A stretch of DNA of 43,184 bases from Piptocephalis cylindrospora (Eukaryota). Positions within the stretch are counted from its first letter, which is position 1. The number at the start of each line of letters is the position of its first letter. Below are positions 23,427 to 34,631 of the stretch, piece after piece. The notes below the pieces were generated by a model. That model searched no databases. It was not told the DNA's origin and saw only the letters and a program-made list of their open reading frames with translations. The position numbers and the translations under genes were made by a program. The stretch covers positions 1-43,184 of the forward strand of contig KZ987731.1 in NCBI GenBank assembly GCA_003614145.1, read 5' to 3'.

Positions 23427-23751
23427 ATGGTAAGTCCTCCAAGCATGAGATGGCTCTCTCCTCATCTACAACTCATCCCCCCCCCCCTTCCGCAGCCAAG
23501 CACCCCCACTATCAAGAACCGGAATGCCGCCCATGCTCGCAACATCCACCACCGTGGCAACGTCAAAGAGACCCTGGTAAGTAGAGAGGGATCTCGTCTT
23601 TCTCACCCTTCCCCCCCTCCTTCACTCATCCCAATTCATCTCATAGAGGACCAAAAAGACAACGTATCCCGTGAGTGGGGTTACTTTGGCTATCCTTGTC
23701 TTTGTTGTGATCGGTGGTGCTGTTTTTGAGCTACTTCGGTGGATTGTGTAA
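23427..23751 (+). CDS. SERP1: RAMP4/SERP1/Ysy6 tail-anchored ER protein (62 aa). Exons 23427-23429, 23496-23576 and 23647-23751.
   Basis: Spliced MPSTPTIKNRNAAHARNIHHRGNVKETLRTKKTTYPVSGVTLAILVFVVIGGAVFELLRWIV*. This product is not visible as a single ORF in the supplied track. Confidence 0.88.
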
Positions 23752-23833
23752 TTTCCTGCTCGATCCGCATCTTTCCTCTCGGCAAAATACATTCCTTTCC
23801 CAGTGCCACATTCCATCCACACTCCCATGCACA

Positions 23834-26800
23834 TCACATCCGTAGCATACTGGCCATCTCCATCCGTCGCGCCATCCCATCCTCCCCTGACCCCCCTCCT
23901 CCCATTCCACTACCCCCTCCGACTAGCTCATCCTCTGGATCCCCGGATTGCTTAATCACCTTCTTGGCCGAAGCCCAATCCTCCCGCATCTTCAGGAACG
24001 GTTTGATGTACTTGTACCCAATCTGTGCTAGCTGGCCCTCCTCCAGGATCATCCGAAGAATTTCAGGCTTGACCAAAAAGACGTTTCCTAACTCTCGAAG
24101 CATCTCAAACCTTTCGCTCAGCACCCGAAGACCCCATCGATCCACGGCTTCCTGATACTTGGAGATGTCCCTATAGGATGATGACGATAATGGAAGAGCG
24201 GAAACCAGTCAGAGGTCAATTCAGCGAAAAAGGAAAAAAAGATGAAATAGTCATACTTGGAGAGAGACAGCGCTCCTGTGGGACTGACGGGGAACTTCCT
24301 AAAATGTTCCAAAAGCATGCTATTTATGAATAAGGTAAAGAGGATGAGATGAATAATGAGGAGACTTGCTCCTTTCTCACCGAAATCATAGGCAACTTAC
24401 CCATGAAAGGTCACACCTACTTCGGTGAGAAACACCTCGAGATTCCGACCAGACATCCATTTGGATCCCTCTCCATGGATCTTGCGTAGATAATCCACCG
24501 ATTGATTGCATGGCTATCCCATACCAGATGGAGGCGAGATCATCAGTGTCCATATCATCTTTATCGCAAAAAAAAGTGTTTGCTTACCATTGTGGCCAAA
24601 CTAATCAAATCCACCTCCTGATCCTTGGGTTTAAAGTCAGTCTTCCCTTGTCTGGAGAGGATAGTCGTAAAATTTTGAACGATACCTAGGGGAGGATGAA
24701 AAGATGAGCATAAATCTTACATGGACGATAAAGTAGTAAGAATTCCACTCACCATCCAGCATCCGTTGCATCATCTCATTGGCCTTGGCCTCCAAGCCAC
24801 CCAAAGCCTTATTCTTCTCATCCAACACTTCCCGAAGGATAATAGGAGAGGTGGTGAGACATGGGAGAATCGCCACCTCAAAATGCTTCTGGGTCAATCG
24901 AGCAATCCGATCCGCCGTTACAATGGTCCTTAGCTCCGTGAGATCTGGCTCCCCCTTGGCTTCGGATCTTTGCAGATTCTCCAAAGATCTTAGAGAGGGA
25001 AAGAGGGGGAAACTCAGTCAGTGCCCATGATCAAGACTCATTTTTCTTTCTTCAAAAAAAAAACATTCCTTGAACTTACGCATCCAAGGCTACATCCACA
25101 TAACGATCATGAAGATGAAGTAGAAGGGATCGGAAAACCTCTTTAAGATTCTTGGCTAGTTCACCCTTGGAGCTGAGCTCTCTGCATCTACCCACCGATT
25201 CCGCATGCACCAGCAGCATCCTCACTACCAGATCGACTTGCAATTGTCCATCCTCCTCCGGGGCCGTTACGAGGGACACACTGGACCCGGAAGCCGAGTC
25301 ATCCAAGACCGTCGAGTTGGGTGAGGAAGCAGGGGATCCTGTCCCAAGCGTGGCTGGACTCGGGGATGGGGAGGAGCCCGAGCCCTTGGTCCCACCCCGG
25401 GCATTGTCTGTCAGTTGATTCAACGTCCGGAACAACTTATTTCCACCTTTGGTAGTGGTCTTTCGCTGGAGCATGTAGCTGTTAAATTTTCCCAGGAGGT
25501 CATCGTACGCTAAGGCCAGGGCCTTCCTCTCCAGCACCACGTACCTATCCCGATCCGTGTACTGGGAAAAGAGGTCGGCCTCACATCGGTCCAAGGTGGT
25601 GGAGAGGGTGGCTCCAACTCCGGTCGCTTCTTCCTCGTCCTTGCCGTCGATCTCCTCTTCTTCATCCTCATCATCGTATCCTCCCTTGCTCTTGGATGCT
25701 TTGTGCATGAACTTTTTCAGTTTTTTCTTTAACTTATTCCCACTCTTTCCGCCCTTTTCCTTTCCTTCTTCACCCTCCCCTTCCTGGCCTAGCGCCTCCT
25801 CCCCCGCCCCAGCCCCTAGATCCTTATCGGCCCCAAGGTCTCCATTGAGCCCGATAGCTCGTTGGACTTTGCGCCTGTCGAATCGCTTCAACGCCACAGT
25901 GCACAGAACAATTCGGTGGTGAGAGGCCTCCAGAACACGAAGCTGCCTTTGAGTCGAGTGACGCTCGGCTCGCTCGACCAACTGGGAAAAGTAATTGTCT
26001 ACAGTCAGGGCAAAAATGCGCTGGACAAAGGTCTGGAGGATGACAATAGCATTGGGGAAGACCCGACGAATGGACCTCCACTCGGATTTGACCACATGTT
26101 CTACTTCACTCATGAGAGTATCTAGCTTATGATCCACAGGACCAGGCTCAAGTCTCCATTCAGCCACATCGGGCCTCCAAGAGGCCCTACGATCCGACTC
26201 CTCCACATCTGGGGCCAACTCGGCAAATTCAACGAAGAACGGGTGCTTGTTGATAAAGTGTTGTGTGACCGACGCACCACCATTATACTCCATGAGTACA
26301 CGAGCACATAGCTAGATGAAAGATGAGGCGAGATGAGGGAAGAGAAGGAGGATTGAATATTATCCCTTGAAAATACTACCAGAAGAAGTACTTACCGACA
26401 TGTGATCCAGGTCTCCGGCCTCATAGGCCCCACTAAACTCGTCGAGTAAGGAAGTCTCAAAGTGCTCGCAGTATCGTTCGATCTCCCGACGGGCTCTCTC
26501 CTGCCCTGGGAGATCCACATCCTTGGCAATAGCAGCGAGACGACGAGCAATAACTGCGGCCTTGAATTGACCATCTGTACCCTCGGTTTCCCGTATTTCC
26601 TCGAGACGACCCCCACCCACGTTCTTGCCGGCGCCAAAGTCCAGCCAAAAACGCATGATATCGCCAGCCTCGACAGCCTTGGCCCTCTGACGATCTACCG
26701 TCTCAAGACGCTCTCCCACACGGATGGCGGTGCCTCCCAGCTCGGCAACTTGCGTCTCGAGGTGCTCAAAGGTGCCAGATACAGCGTTGATTTCCGAGGC

Positions 26801-27239
26801 CATACGGGTGGAGTTTTTGGTGTGTTGATGATGGGATTTTTCTGAGGCAGATTCCATCTCAGCGATTCGATCCTCCAAACCGGACCTCAGGAGCATGAGT
26901 GAATCAGTGACGGCCTCAAAGTTCCGGACAAAGGGTTTCGGGTCAAACCCTACTTAAGGGAAGGGGGAAAAAGAAAAGTAAGTCGATGTGAAGGCACAAT
27001 AAGTCTGGGAGGTTAAACCTTCAAGCTTTTGTCATACCCTTTGGATCATCAGGGATGTCTTGAATTAGAGGAGCAGTGATTTTTTCAATAAATTCATCCG
27101 GATCAAATTTACCCTAGGAAGATGGGCCAGAGAAATGAGTGAGGGATAATGAAGGAAAAGAGAAGTCTGAAAGCAGGAAACACACTTGAAATGTACTAAG
27201 CGTCAAGAGCTTCTCCACCGAAGGATCTAGACCGTCCAT
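23834..27239 (-). CDS. SEC10: Exocyst complex component SEC10/EXOC5, multi-exon
   Basis: FDPDEFIE; FDPKPFVRNFE; AIRVGERLETVDRQRAKA; IERYCEHFETSLLDEF; FVQRIF; NLEVFLTEVG; LLEHFRKFPVSPTGAL; FEMLRELGNVFLVKPE. All introns I checked are GT-AG. Confidence 0.93.
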
Positions 27240-27430
27240 TGTCAAAGGGCAAAGGAAGGGTGAGGAAGAGAGAGGAAGAGGACAACGGGAAAGAGAAAGG
27301 AATAAAAGGAAGGAAAGGCTGGGAAGACATAGAAGGGGAGTTGTGGGGACAGGGGCTGGTGATGGCGATGAAATACACGGGAGGCTGAGAGGGACTAGCG
27401 GGGTTCTGAGGAGGTGGAGTTAAGAGTGGG

Positions 27431-27440
27431 GTCACGTGAT
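27431..27440. promoter_or_regulatory. bHLH E-box GTCACGTGAT (Cbf1/CLEAR-like) upstream of SEC10
   Basis: Palindromic TCACGTGA about 190 nt upstream of the SEC10 ATG. The same GGTCACGTGAT occurs at 147-157. Confidence 0.45.
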
Positions 27441-27816
27441 TTGAAGAACCTGTCGACCTGAGGAATGATCATGCATTGAGGGGCTTAAGGGTTGATTCTT
27501 CCTGGACAGATAGCAAGTTAAGGTACAAGAATATGCGCAGTAGAAAATGAGAATAAGTTGAATTGAATTGAATTGGATTTATTTGAATGCAGTTGAATAA
27601 TTGCGGGATGTATAAGATAATCCAGATATATTTAGTGTAGATATTACTAGTCCATTCCCTTCTATTCAAGTTTCGAGGTATAGACTTATTTAGGATGATT
27701 GCACGTTAGACAACTCAATCAAGAAAGTATCAATATAACAAGCAGCATTCATCCTTTTCAAATATAGGGGTCATCGTATTATGCCTGATTAAATGAATTA
27801 TCTTGCGGTTGGAAGG

Positions 27817-27861
27817 ACGCGCGGAGTGACGCGTCGGACACTATTGACATTAACGCGACGT
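27817..27861. promoter_or_regulatory. Cluster of MCB-like (ACGCG) G1/S elements upstream of DPB2
   Basis: ACGCGC at 27817, ACGCGT at 27829 and ACGCGA at 27853, lying 170-210 nt before a DNA polymerase subunit gene. Confidence 0.65.
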
Positions 27862-28028
27862 CTTATTGCAAGCAAAAGGTCCGTTCTTAGCAAAAGTATG
27901 TGAGAAGTGCTGGTCAAGGGGATAGCACACTCTCTTGCCTTTCTCCTTACCTCCTCCCTCCCTCCCAACGACAACTAATCCTCCTGGGTTTCTTCCCCTC
28001 TTGCCTCCTCTCTCTGTCGAAAAGCAGC

Positions 28029-30270
28029 ATGTCATTCCAGAGACTTGCCTACCGAACGTTTACAAAGGCACACGGCCTAACCTTGACTGGACAAGCCTCC
28101 CGGTACCTGGAATACTTGTTTCTCGAGTATGAACTAGACCAGCAAGCGATGGCGGAAGCCTTGACCCATACAGCCAAGGCTATCGTTGCTCAGCATCGTA
28201 GGTCGATGGAGAAAGGATTATTTGCTTCGGGATGATAATGTTTTAATCTTCCTCCTCTCTCCCCCCTTCTGCCCACAGGCCAGGTTCAAGTGGTGTCGGA
28301 GGACTTGGTCAAGGCAGTGGTACAGACTCTCATCTCGGAACAAGCGCGGGTGCCCGACGAGGGCCAGGAGAATGAGATGGATGGGGAGGAGAGAGCACTG
28401 GGAGCGATATCGCCATTCACACTCTTTCGAGTGGTATCATGTACCATACAAGATATGGCCGGAAGCCATTACGAAGTGTCGAGGGGGCGATTTGTGCCAT
28501 CAACGGAGGGGGCGAGATCAGTTCTGGGAGAATCGGGGGAGAAGGCGAGGCTTTGGCAGGATCGGTATCATGTCCTTCTTAGCCGACTGTGCCGAACCAA
28601 GGGATATACGAAGCATGCAGATGAGGTTGCTGAGATGGCCGGCGGGAAAGGGCCTCGCCTAATCTCGACAGTCTCCTCTTTGCGAGGACGAACAGGGCAG
28701 AAGCGACAGTTGCTTGGAATGATTAATCAACGAGAGGAGGGGTTGTGGGTATTGGAGGATCCAGAGGACTTTATCCCTGTGGATTTTGCTCAAGCGGTAA
28801 GTGTTTCTGGGACGATCCATGTGCACACGATGAATTGACCAAAACCATATCTACGTATAGCAAGTCAAAGGGGATGGATATTTCCCCGAAGGAAGTATTG
28901 TGCTTGTGGATGGACATCTAACGGAGGACAAGACGTTTTTATGCTCCACGATAATGCACCCTCCATGGGAGAGCCGAAAGGAAACATGGTAGGAGCTTTC
29001 TTGATGTAGATTGAATATGGGTAATGGTGCACTAGGATAATATCTAACGATATTTATGTGGGGGATGATTAGTAAAGCAGTGATAGAGCCAGGGTTCCTA
29101 GGGTCTGATTGGTTTCCCATGGAGGATGTAAGTGGGGAAAGGTGAATGGGTGAGTGGAGTGGATGCTGTGACGCTCATTGATGCACTCTCCCTACATAGT
29201 CTATTTTAAGAGAAGTGGAGGTACTTCGAAAGGATATGTCGATGGTGATGTTGTCTGATGTGCACTTGGATGATCGAAGGGTAATGAAAGGCAAGAGGGA
29301 TTGGGATCCGCCCCTTTGCGATGTATCACTCACTAGAAAGAATGGGTGGGGGATACTGGGTGAGTAGACGGTATCACGATTACAAACGCTCCTGGAGGGA
29401 TTTGAACAATCTTACGAAATGACCAAGGTCCCTCTACTCTCCATTATCCTGTGCGGGAATTTTCTCCGGGGAGAAGGCTTCAGGATGGGAGGTCATACGC
29501 TTCAGGCTTATAAGGGTAAGGAGTATGGCACTTGGAGCATGAGACACTGCCACTCATCCTGGTCTCTATGGATACAGAGGTGTTTGATGGACTGGGCAAG
29601 ATGATTCAAGATCGGGCACCAAATCTAGCAGCGCGGACGCACTTTGTGTTTGTACCAGGACCAAAAGATGCTCTTGGAGACGGTTTGCTCCCTCGACCCC
29701 CCTTACTTGGACCCATGACGCAGGGTCTACGGAGCCGGCTAGGTCATGTGCATTTCCCGACCAATCCCTGCCGGATCAGGTATTGCGGACAAGAAATGGT
29801 AATTCATCGGTCCAATTTGGTGAGTGACCTACGAAAGGCATCATCGATTTCCTCCCTGGGACCTCAGATGCGGCCGGGGGAAGGGGAGAGTCAGGGCTTG
29901 TACCACGCATCCCGGACTCTGTACGCGCAATCGCACCTTTCGCCCATGACGCAGCCGTTGAAACCAGTGGTATGGTGTAAGGATCACATGCTCCGACTAT
30001 GCCCGATCCCGGATGTATTGGTGTTGGCGGACCAGGAGGAGGTGTGGGTGGATGAGGTGGGGGAATCACAGGTAATGAACCCTGGGCCCTTTGAAGCGCC
30101 TCACTGGAACTTTCTGGTGTGGAACCCTGGGGAACGTCGAGCCGAGCAAAGGTATACTTGAGGAGCTGAGCGACTTGGGTATCGTGATGGGGAGGTAGAG
30201 CTGGTAATTCATTCATTCATGATCCTGTCCTTTTAGTGCCCTTGCGGATTATCGGATGGTACGATCCTAG
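28029..30270 (+). CDS. DPB2: DNA polymerase epsilon subunit B (DPB2/POLE2), multi-exon
   Basis: FTKAHGLTL; KARLWQDRYHVL; LLGMINQREEGLWVLEDP; GYFPEGSIVLVDG; MLSDVHLDD; ILCGNF; FVFVPGPKD; FPTNPCRIRYCGQEMVIHR; QSHLSP; LRLCPIPDVLVLAD; VMNPGPF. Confidence 0.93.
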
Positions 30271-32121
30271 GATGAACCAGCTGGTGGAGAATAACGCGAA
30301 ACAAAGGTTGGTACAAATCGGAAACGAAAATACAGACCATTTTCAAAGTGTATTTTTGATGTTAAATACCGTCTATGCCTAATCCAGATAACCCGGATAG
30401 ATCTTTTAACGGATCACTGCGGGCAAGGATGAGAGTATGACGAGGAGGGGATTGATAAGGCAGGACACAAGAAGAAGAAGCTTATCAGACACATGGGATC
30501 GGAAAGATATGACATGATCCTTCGTGGGGGAGGGAAAAAGCATGTGGGGAACACGAGGAAAGTACACGGGGGTTGACAGGTGTCAAAGGAAGGTCGGAGT
30601 TTAACGAAGAGAGGTCGGAGTCTGATACGGAGGGATCGGAGCTTAAAAGAAGGGTTCTCACACTGTAAGGTCTGGTCCAGAGCCCAGTCCCACATCAGAA
30701 GCCCAGTTCCACATTCTAAAGCATCGTCTCATTCTCCATCTCGTTGCGACTCCATGTAAATCAACAACTCCGCCATGAATGGGGATACATTGTGGTACAG
30801 AGGAAAGGAAAGGGGAATCAGCCTCCTGGATGAGAAGAAAGGAAAAATTTGGTCTTACCATCTAAAGCCTGGCTAGATGAGGGGAGGTAGGGATGGAAAT
30901 GTAGGTGGATGTTACCATTATTCATCCAGGCATCTGTTTCAGAGGGCATAGAGAGAGTACTGTGTAGAGAATGCGACAGGGAAGATGCGCGGGGTTTGAG
31001 TAGATGCAGGTAAGGGATGTGGGGCTGGGCAGGGCAGGGATGTGGGACAGGACAGGCTGGGGACGTAGCAATGAGTAGGGCGAGGACATAAATGAACAAA
31101 AGAGTCGTGGTGTGGGTTTGGGTGCACCTATGGGAAGAAGGGGGAGGGGTCCCCTGTTCTTGGATCTTGGCCTTCAGAGTCCCCAGATGATCTGGAGAGG
31201 AGAAGGGGAGGTGGCATGATTGGTGGAGTAGAGGGAAGAGGAGGAGTTGTTGCACCATCCACAGAGTGTTGTTTGATATGGATGGACTGAAAGCATGTGG
31301 GGGAGTAATTGGGGGAAGGGGAGAGAGAAACAGAGAAAGAGAGAGATAGAAGAGGGGATCCCTCCCATCTCCTGTAGAGTACCCCTCCCCTTGGACACCA
31401 TACTGCCTCTTGTCTATAGAGGGGGGAGGGACCTTGTGATTCCACCTCCTCCTGTGTCAAGCTTAGGATCAAATTGCGGAAGGCGCACGCTTCTACATCT
31501 CGGATGAATGAGTGAGGGATGATGCATATAGAGGAAGACAACGTCCTGTCCTGCCCATGTGGATAGGGAGTAAGAGAGAGCGGGAGTTGGAGTGAGACCG
31601 AAGCCGGCGCAAGTTTCTTGAGAAGAGATGTACAGGCCTGATGATGTTGTTCAGAGACTGCCTCTCCGTGTGTGTTTCGTAGGGAGAGCAGATTAGCGCA
31701 CAAGCATTTGTGAAGATGGCTGGTGTTGTCGGGGAGAGGGGAGAAGTGAGATAGATGGAGTGGATCCGGTACCCTTTCCCTCACTCCCCCTTGTAAACAC
31801 GTATGACATATACTGATGAGCACGCACAGATAGGGAGTCCTATCTCCCTCTCTCTCTCTCCCTCTCATCCTTCATCGGGGACACAGGCATAAGCGGAGAT
31901 GATGACCCTCGAATCAAGTCAGATTGAGTCGGAGGTTGAAGAAAAAAAAACACAAGATAAAAAGCATACAAGCAACCCACCTTCCTCCCATCCATCCCCA
32001 CCTTTCCACCCCTATCCTCACTTTCCATGTTCACTGCTGCCCATCCTACCCCTCCTTCACCCTTACCTCCTTTCAATCCTCCTTCAGCTCTCCCCATCTC
32101 CCCCTCCACTTTGTCCCTACC

Positions 32122-32508
32122 ATGCTTCTGCCAATGAACTCCCCTGGGGCTAGGAGGACGCTTCCCGGGGAGGGGTTGGGAGAGGATGGATCGGGGGAAT
32201 CCCTCGCTTCTTCTCCCAGAGCCGTGTCGGTGAAGGCGGTGAGGTTTTCCCGATTTGAAAAGGTGTTTCCCGCGCACTCGCCCGATGATTACGATCGGAC
32301 TTCCGATACCCCCACGTACGACGCGGCCATGAGGGCCCTTCAATGTACGACTCGGGCACAGGATCTTGGATGTGTCTCTCGGGATGATCCTTCCCATCAC
32401 CGTCATCACCACCATCACCATCATCATCATCCCCATCAGCATCAGCATCTCCCATCCTCTCCTACCCACCGTGGACCAGGGGCTTCTGTGACTATGGCGG
32501 ATGCGTAA
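32122..32508 (+). CDS. Small disordered protein (128 aa) with a PP1-docking RVxF-PhiPhi-R motif and a His tract
   Basis: KAVRFSRFEKVFPAHSPDDYDR resembles the neurabin/spinophilin/Bni4 PP1-binding segment. The ATG follows a pyrimidine-rich leader. Confidence 0.55.
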   Translation: MLLPMNSPGARRTLPGEGLGEDGSGESLASSPRAVSVKAVRFSRFEKVFPAHSPDDYDRTSDTPTYDAAMRALQCTTRAQDLGCVSRDDPSHHRHHHHHHHHHPHQHQHLPSSPTHRGPGASVTMADA

Positions 32509-32702
32509 CAGAATGCGAAGGTTCATGAGTCCCTTCCATAAGGGCTCTTGGATGAGCATCCCTTTTCTTTCCTCCTGTGCATTATCTGTCCCATCCTTCC
32601 TTTCTTTCTTTCCCCTCTGAACCCTCCTGTCTCAATGCTTCTTGTCCTACACAGTCCCCCTTTCCCATTTCTTCTCGGCCCCTTGGCTTCCATCCTTTCT
32701 TT

Positions 32703-32820
32703 CCTCTCTCTCTCTCTCTCTCCCTCCGTAGCAGCACCATTGCATCTTCTTTTTCTTCCTATACACATCTAGACACACACACGCACACACACACACACAC
32801 GCACACACACTACACTATAC
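32703..32820. repeat. (CT)n and (CA)n microsatellites downstream of the small ORF
   Basis: A (CT) run at about 32703-32721 and an imperfect (CA) run at about 32773-32810, read directly. Confidence 0.85.
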
Positions 32821-34631
32821 ATTTCAGTTTCTTTCTTTTTTCCCTCTTTCAACCCCCGTCCTGTGCGTTCTTTGGATCTTAGTGTGCGTACTCGACAGGA
32901 TATCTCCAGTGGCATGGGAGAGGGATGACCAAGTGAACATACACACAAGATACAGAATGACAAGGGTGGTTGGTGTTGTCGGACAGGAGAGAATTCCCTT
33001 GGCATGGGATATACTACTTTCTGTCTCATGGTGGATAAGCCATGCCAAGATATTCTGCACTTGAGGACCACCGGATGAAAATGACGATGTTGTTGATGAC
33101 GCATCTGACCATCCCTCATTGAGATGATGTATAAGCAAAACAAAGACCATTGTTCTTCCTCATGGGTGGATAGGGTCAAAGGGGAGAGGGGTTTTAGACA
33201 ATCTGCTTGTACGACTATGGTCGGGCCTCGTGCAGTCCCACATGAACGGAGTCTGAAATGCCTTCTGTGGAGTTGCCCCTCCAAAACTCGTGTGGGACCT
33301 TATCTACCCACGAATGGTCCTTGATACCGAACCTCCGACACTCCCGGATTGGACATGGGCCTGTCGGAGCGTGTCTCTGGTGACAGGCAGTCCCGCTCCC
33401 CTGGGATCCCTCCTTATCTATGTCATAGGGTAAGGAGCGTTCGTGTTGTTTACTACTAGGGTTTGGCCCTGACTCCTTTCAGGAGGGGGGAGTAGAGTCC
33501 CATCTCTCTCTCTCCTTATTACACCATCCATGGACCAGACAAGATGATTAGAAGAGGATCCAGAATTTCTGTTGACACTATAGTATGTCTCTATAGTACA
33601 GAGATGTACGAATGTATTTCTATATGGTAGCTGATTCAAGGGACAAAGGGGAAAGGAGGAGACTGTCATAATAATAAAGATCACCGGTTCATTGTATCAC
33701 GGAATGCTATTGCAGCATCGTGTGAGGCCTCATTGTGTTCCATCATCCTAATCGCTGTTCATCATGTCTATCCTTTACTCCCTATCTAAATCATTTATAT
33801 ACGTAAGACCTAACATGTTTCACATGTCTTTCTGCCTATAACGCGACGTTCTTGCGTATTCCTCAATATTGATCACATCCTCCTTCCACCGGTGTTATTC
33901 GTGTCAATTTATCAGCGGAAAATATTTAATATTCAGCCATTAAAATTGAGAGAATTACATCATCCAGCTCACTCCGAGTCCCATAGCCCTGTAGCCCTCC
34001 TATAAACATCCTTGAAATCTAAAACTCTTGGGACATGCGCTTTATGGATATGGGGTAAGGGTAGTGTGGAACAGATATATCTGTCCTCATACTGTTGTCA
34101 GACAGTGCATGGCCAAGCCCTGGCTGATACCCCACCAGCTGCCCAGCCCCTAACCAATTTCTCCTCCCGCCACCCTCCACGCGCATCCCCGCCCGTCTCC
34201 CCACCTCGCACCATCCTCCCATGTAAGGAGAGTAAGATCGCCTTGGTGGGGAGAGGCAAAGCTAGGCCATACAAGACTCAGAGAAGAAAGGCAATCCGAT
34301 TCAAAAGCCCCTCTTCCCATCCATCAACCTATCTATCCACCCCCGTCAGCCTCTCGCCCTCCTTCCCTCTCTCCCTCTCTTCTTTTACCCTCTTCCCTCC
34401 TTATTCCTTGCCCTCCGTATACTTGTGCCTTTCATAATATCCCTGCTCTACCCTCCTTCTTCCTTCCTTTACCCTCTTCCATCCTTCCTCTACCCTTTTT
34501 CCTCCCTCTTCTACTTCCTTTCCTTCCTCCTAGTACCCTTCCTCCTCCCTTCTTTCTTCCATTACTCCCATCTCCATTCTCCATCTTACTCCAGGAACGT
34601 TGTAGACCTCTGCATTTTACTTTTCTGAACC

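Noticed and set aside
30414..31868. Several minus-strand ORFs of 60-250 aa
   Set aside because: Pro/Ser/Leu-rich translations of pyrimidine-rich DNA. I could not build a consistent spliced model; the one ATG|gtaag candidate gives an intron of only about 33 nt.
32769..33684. ORFs between the (CA)n tract and the AT-rich patch
   Set aside because: No family motifs, they run into microsatellites, and no frame is clearly preferred.
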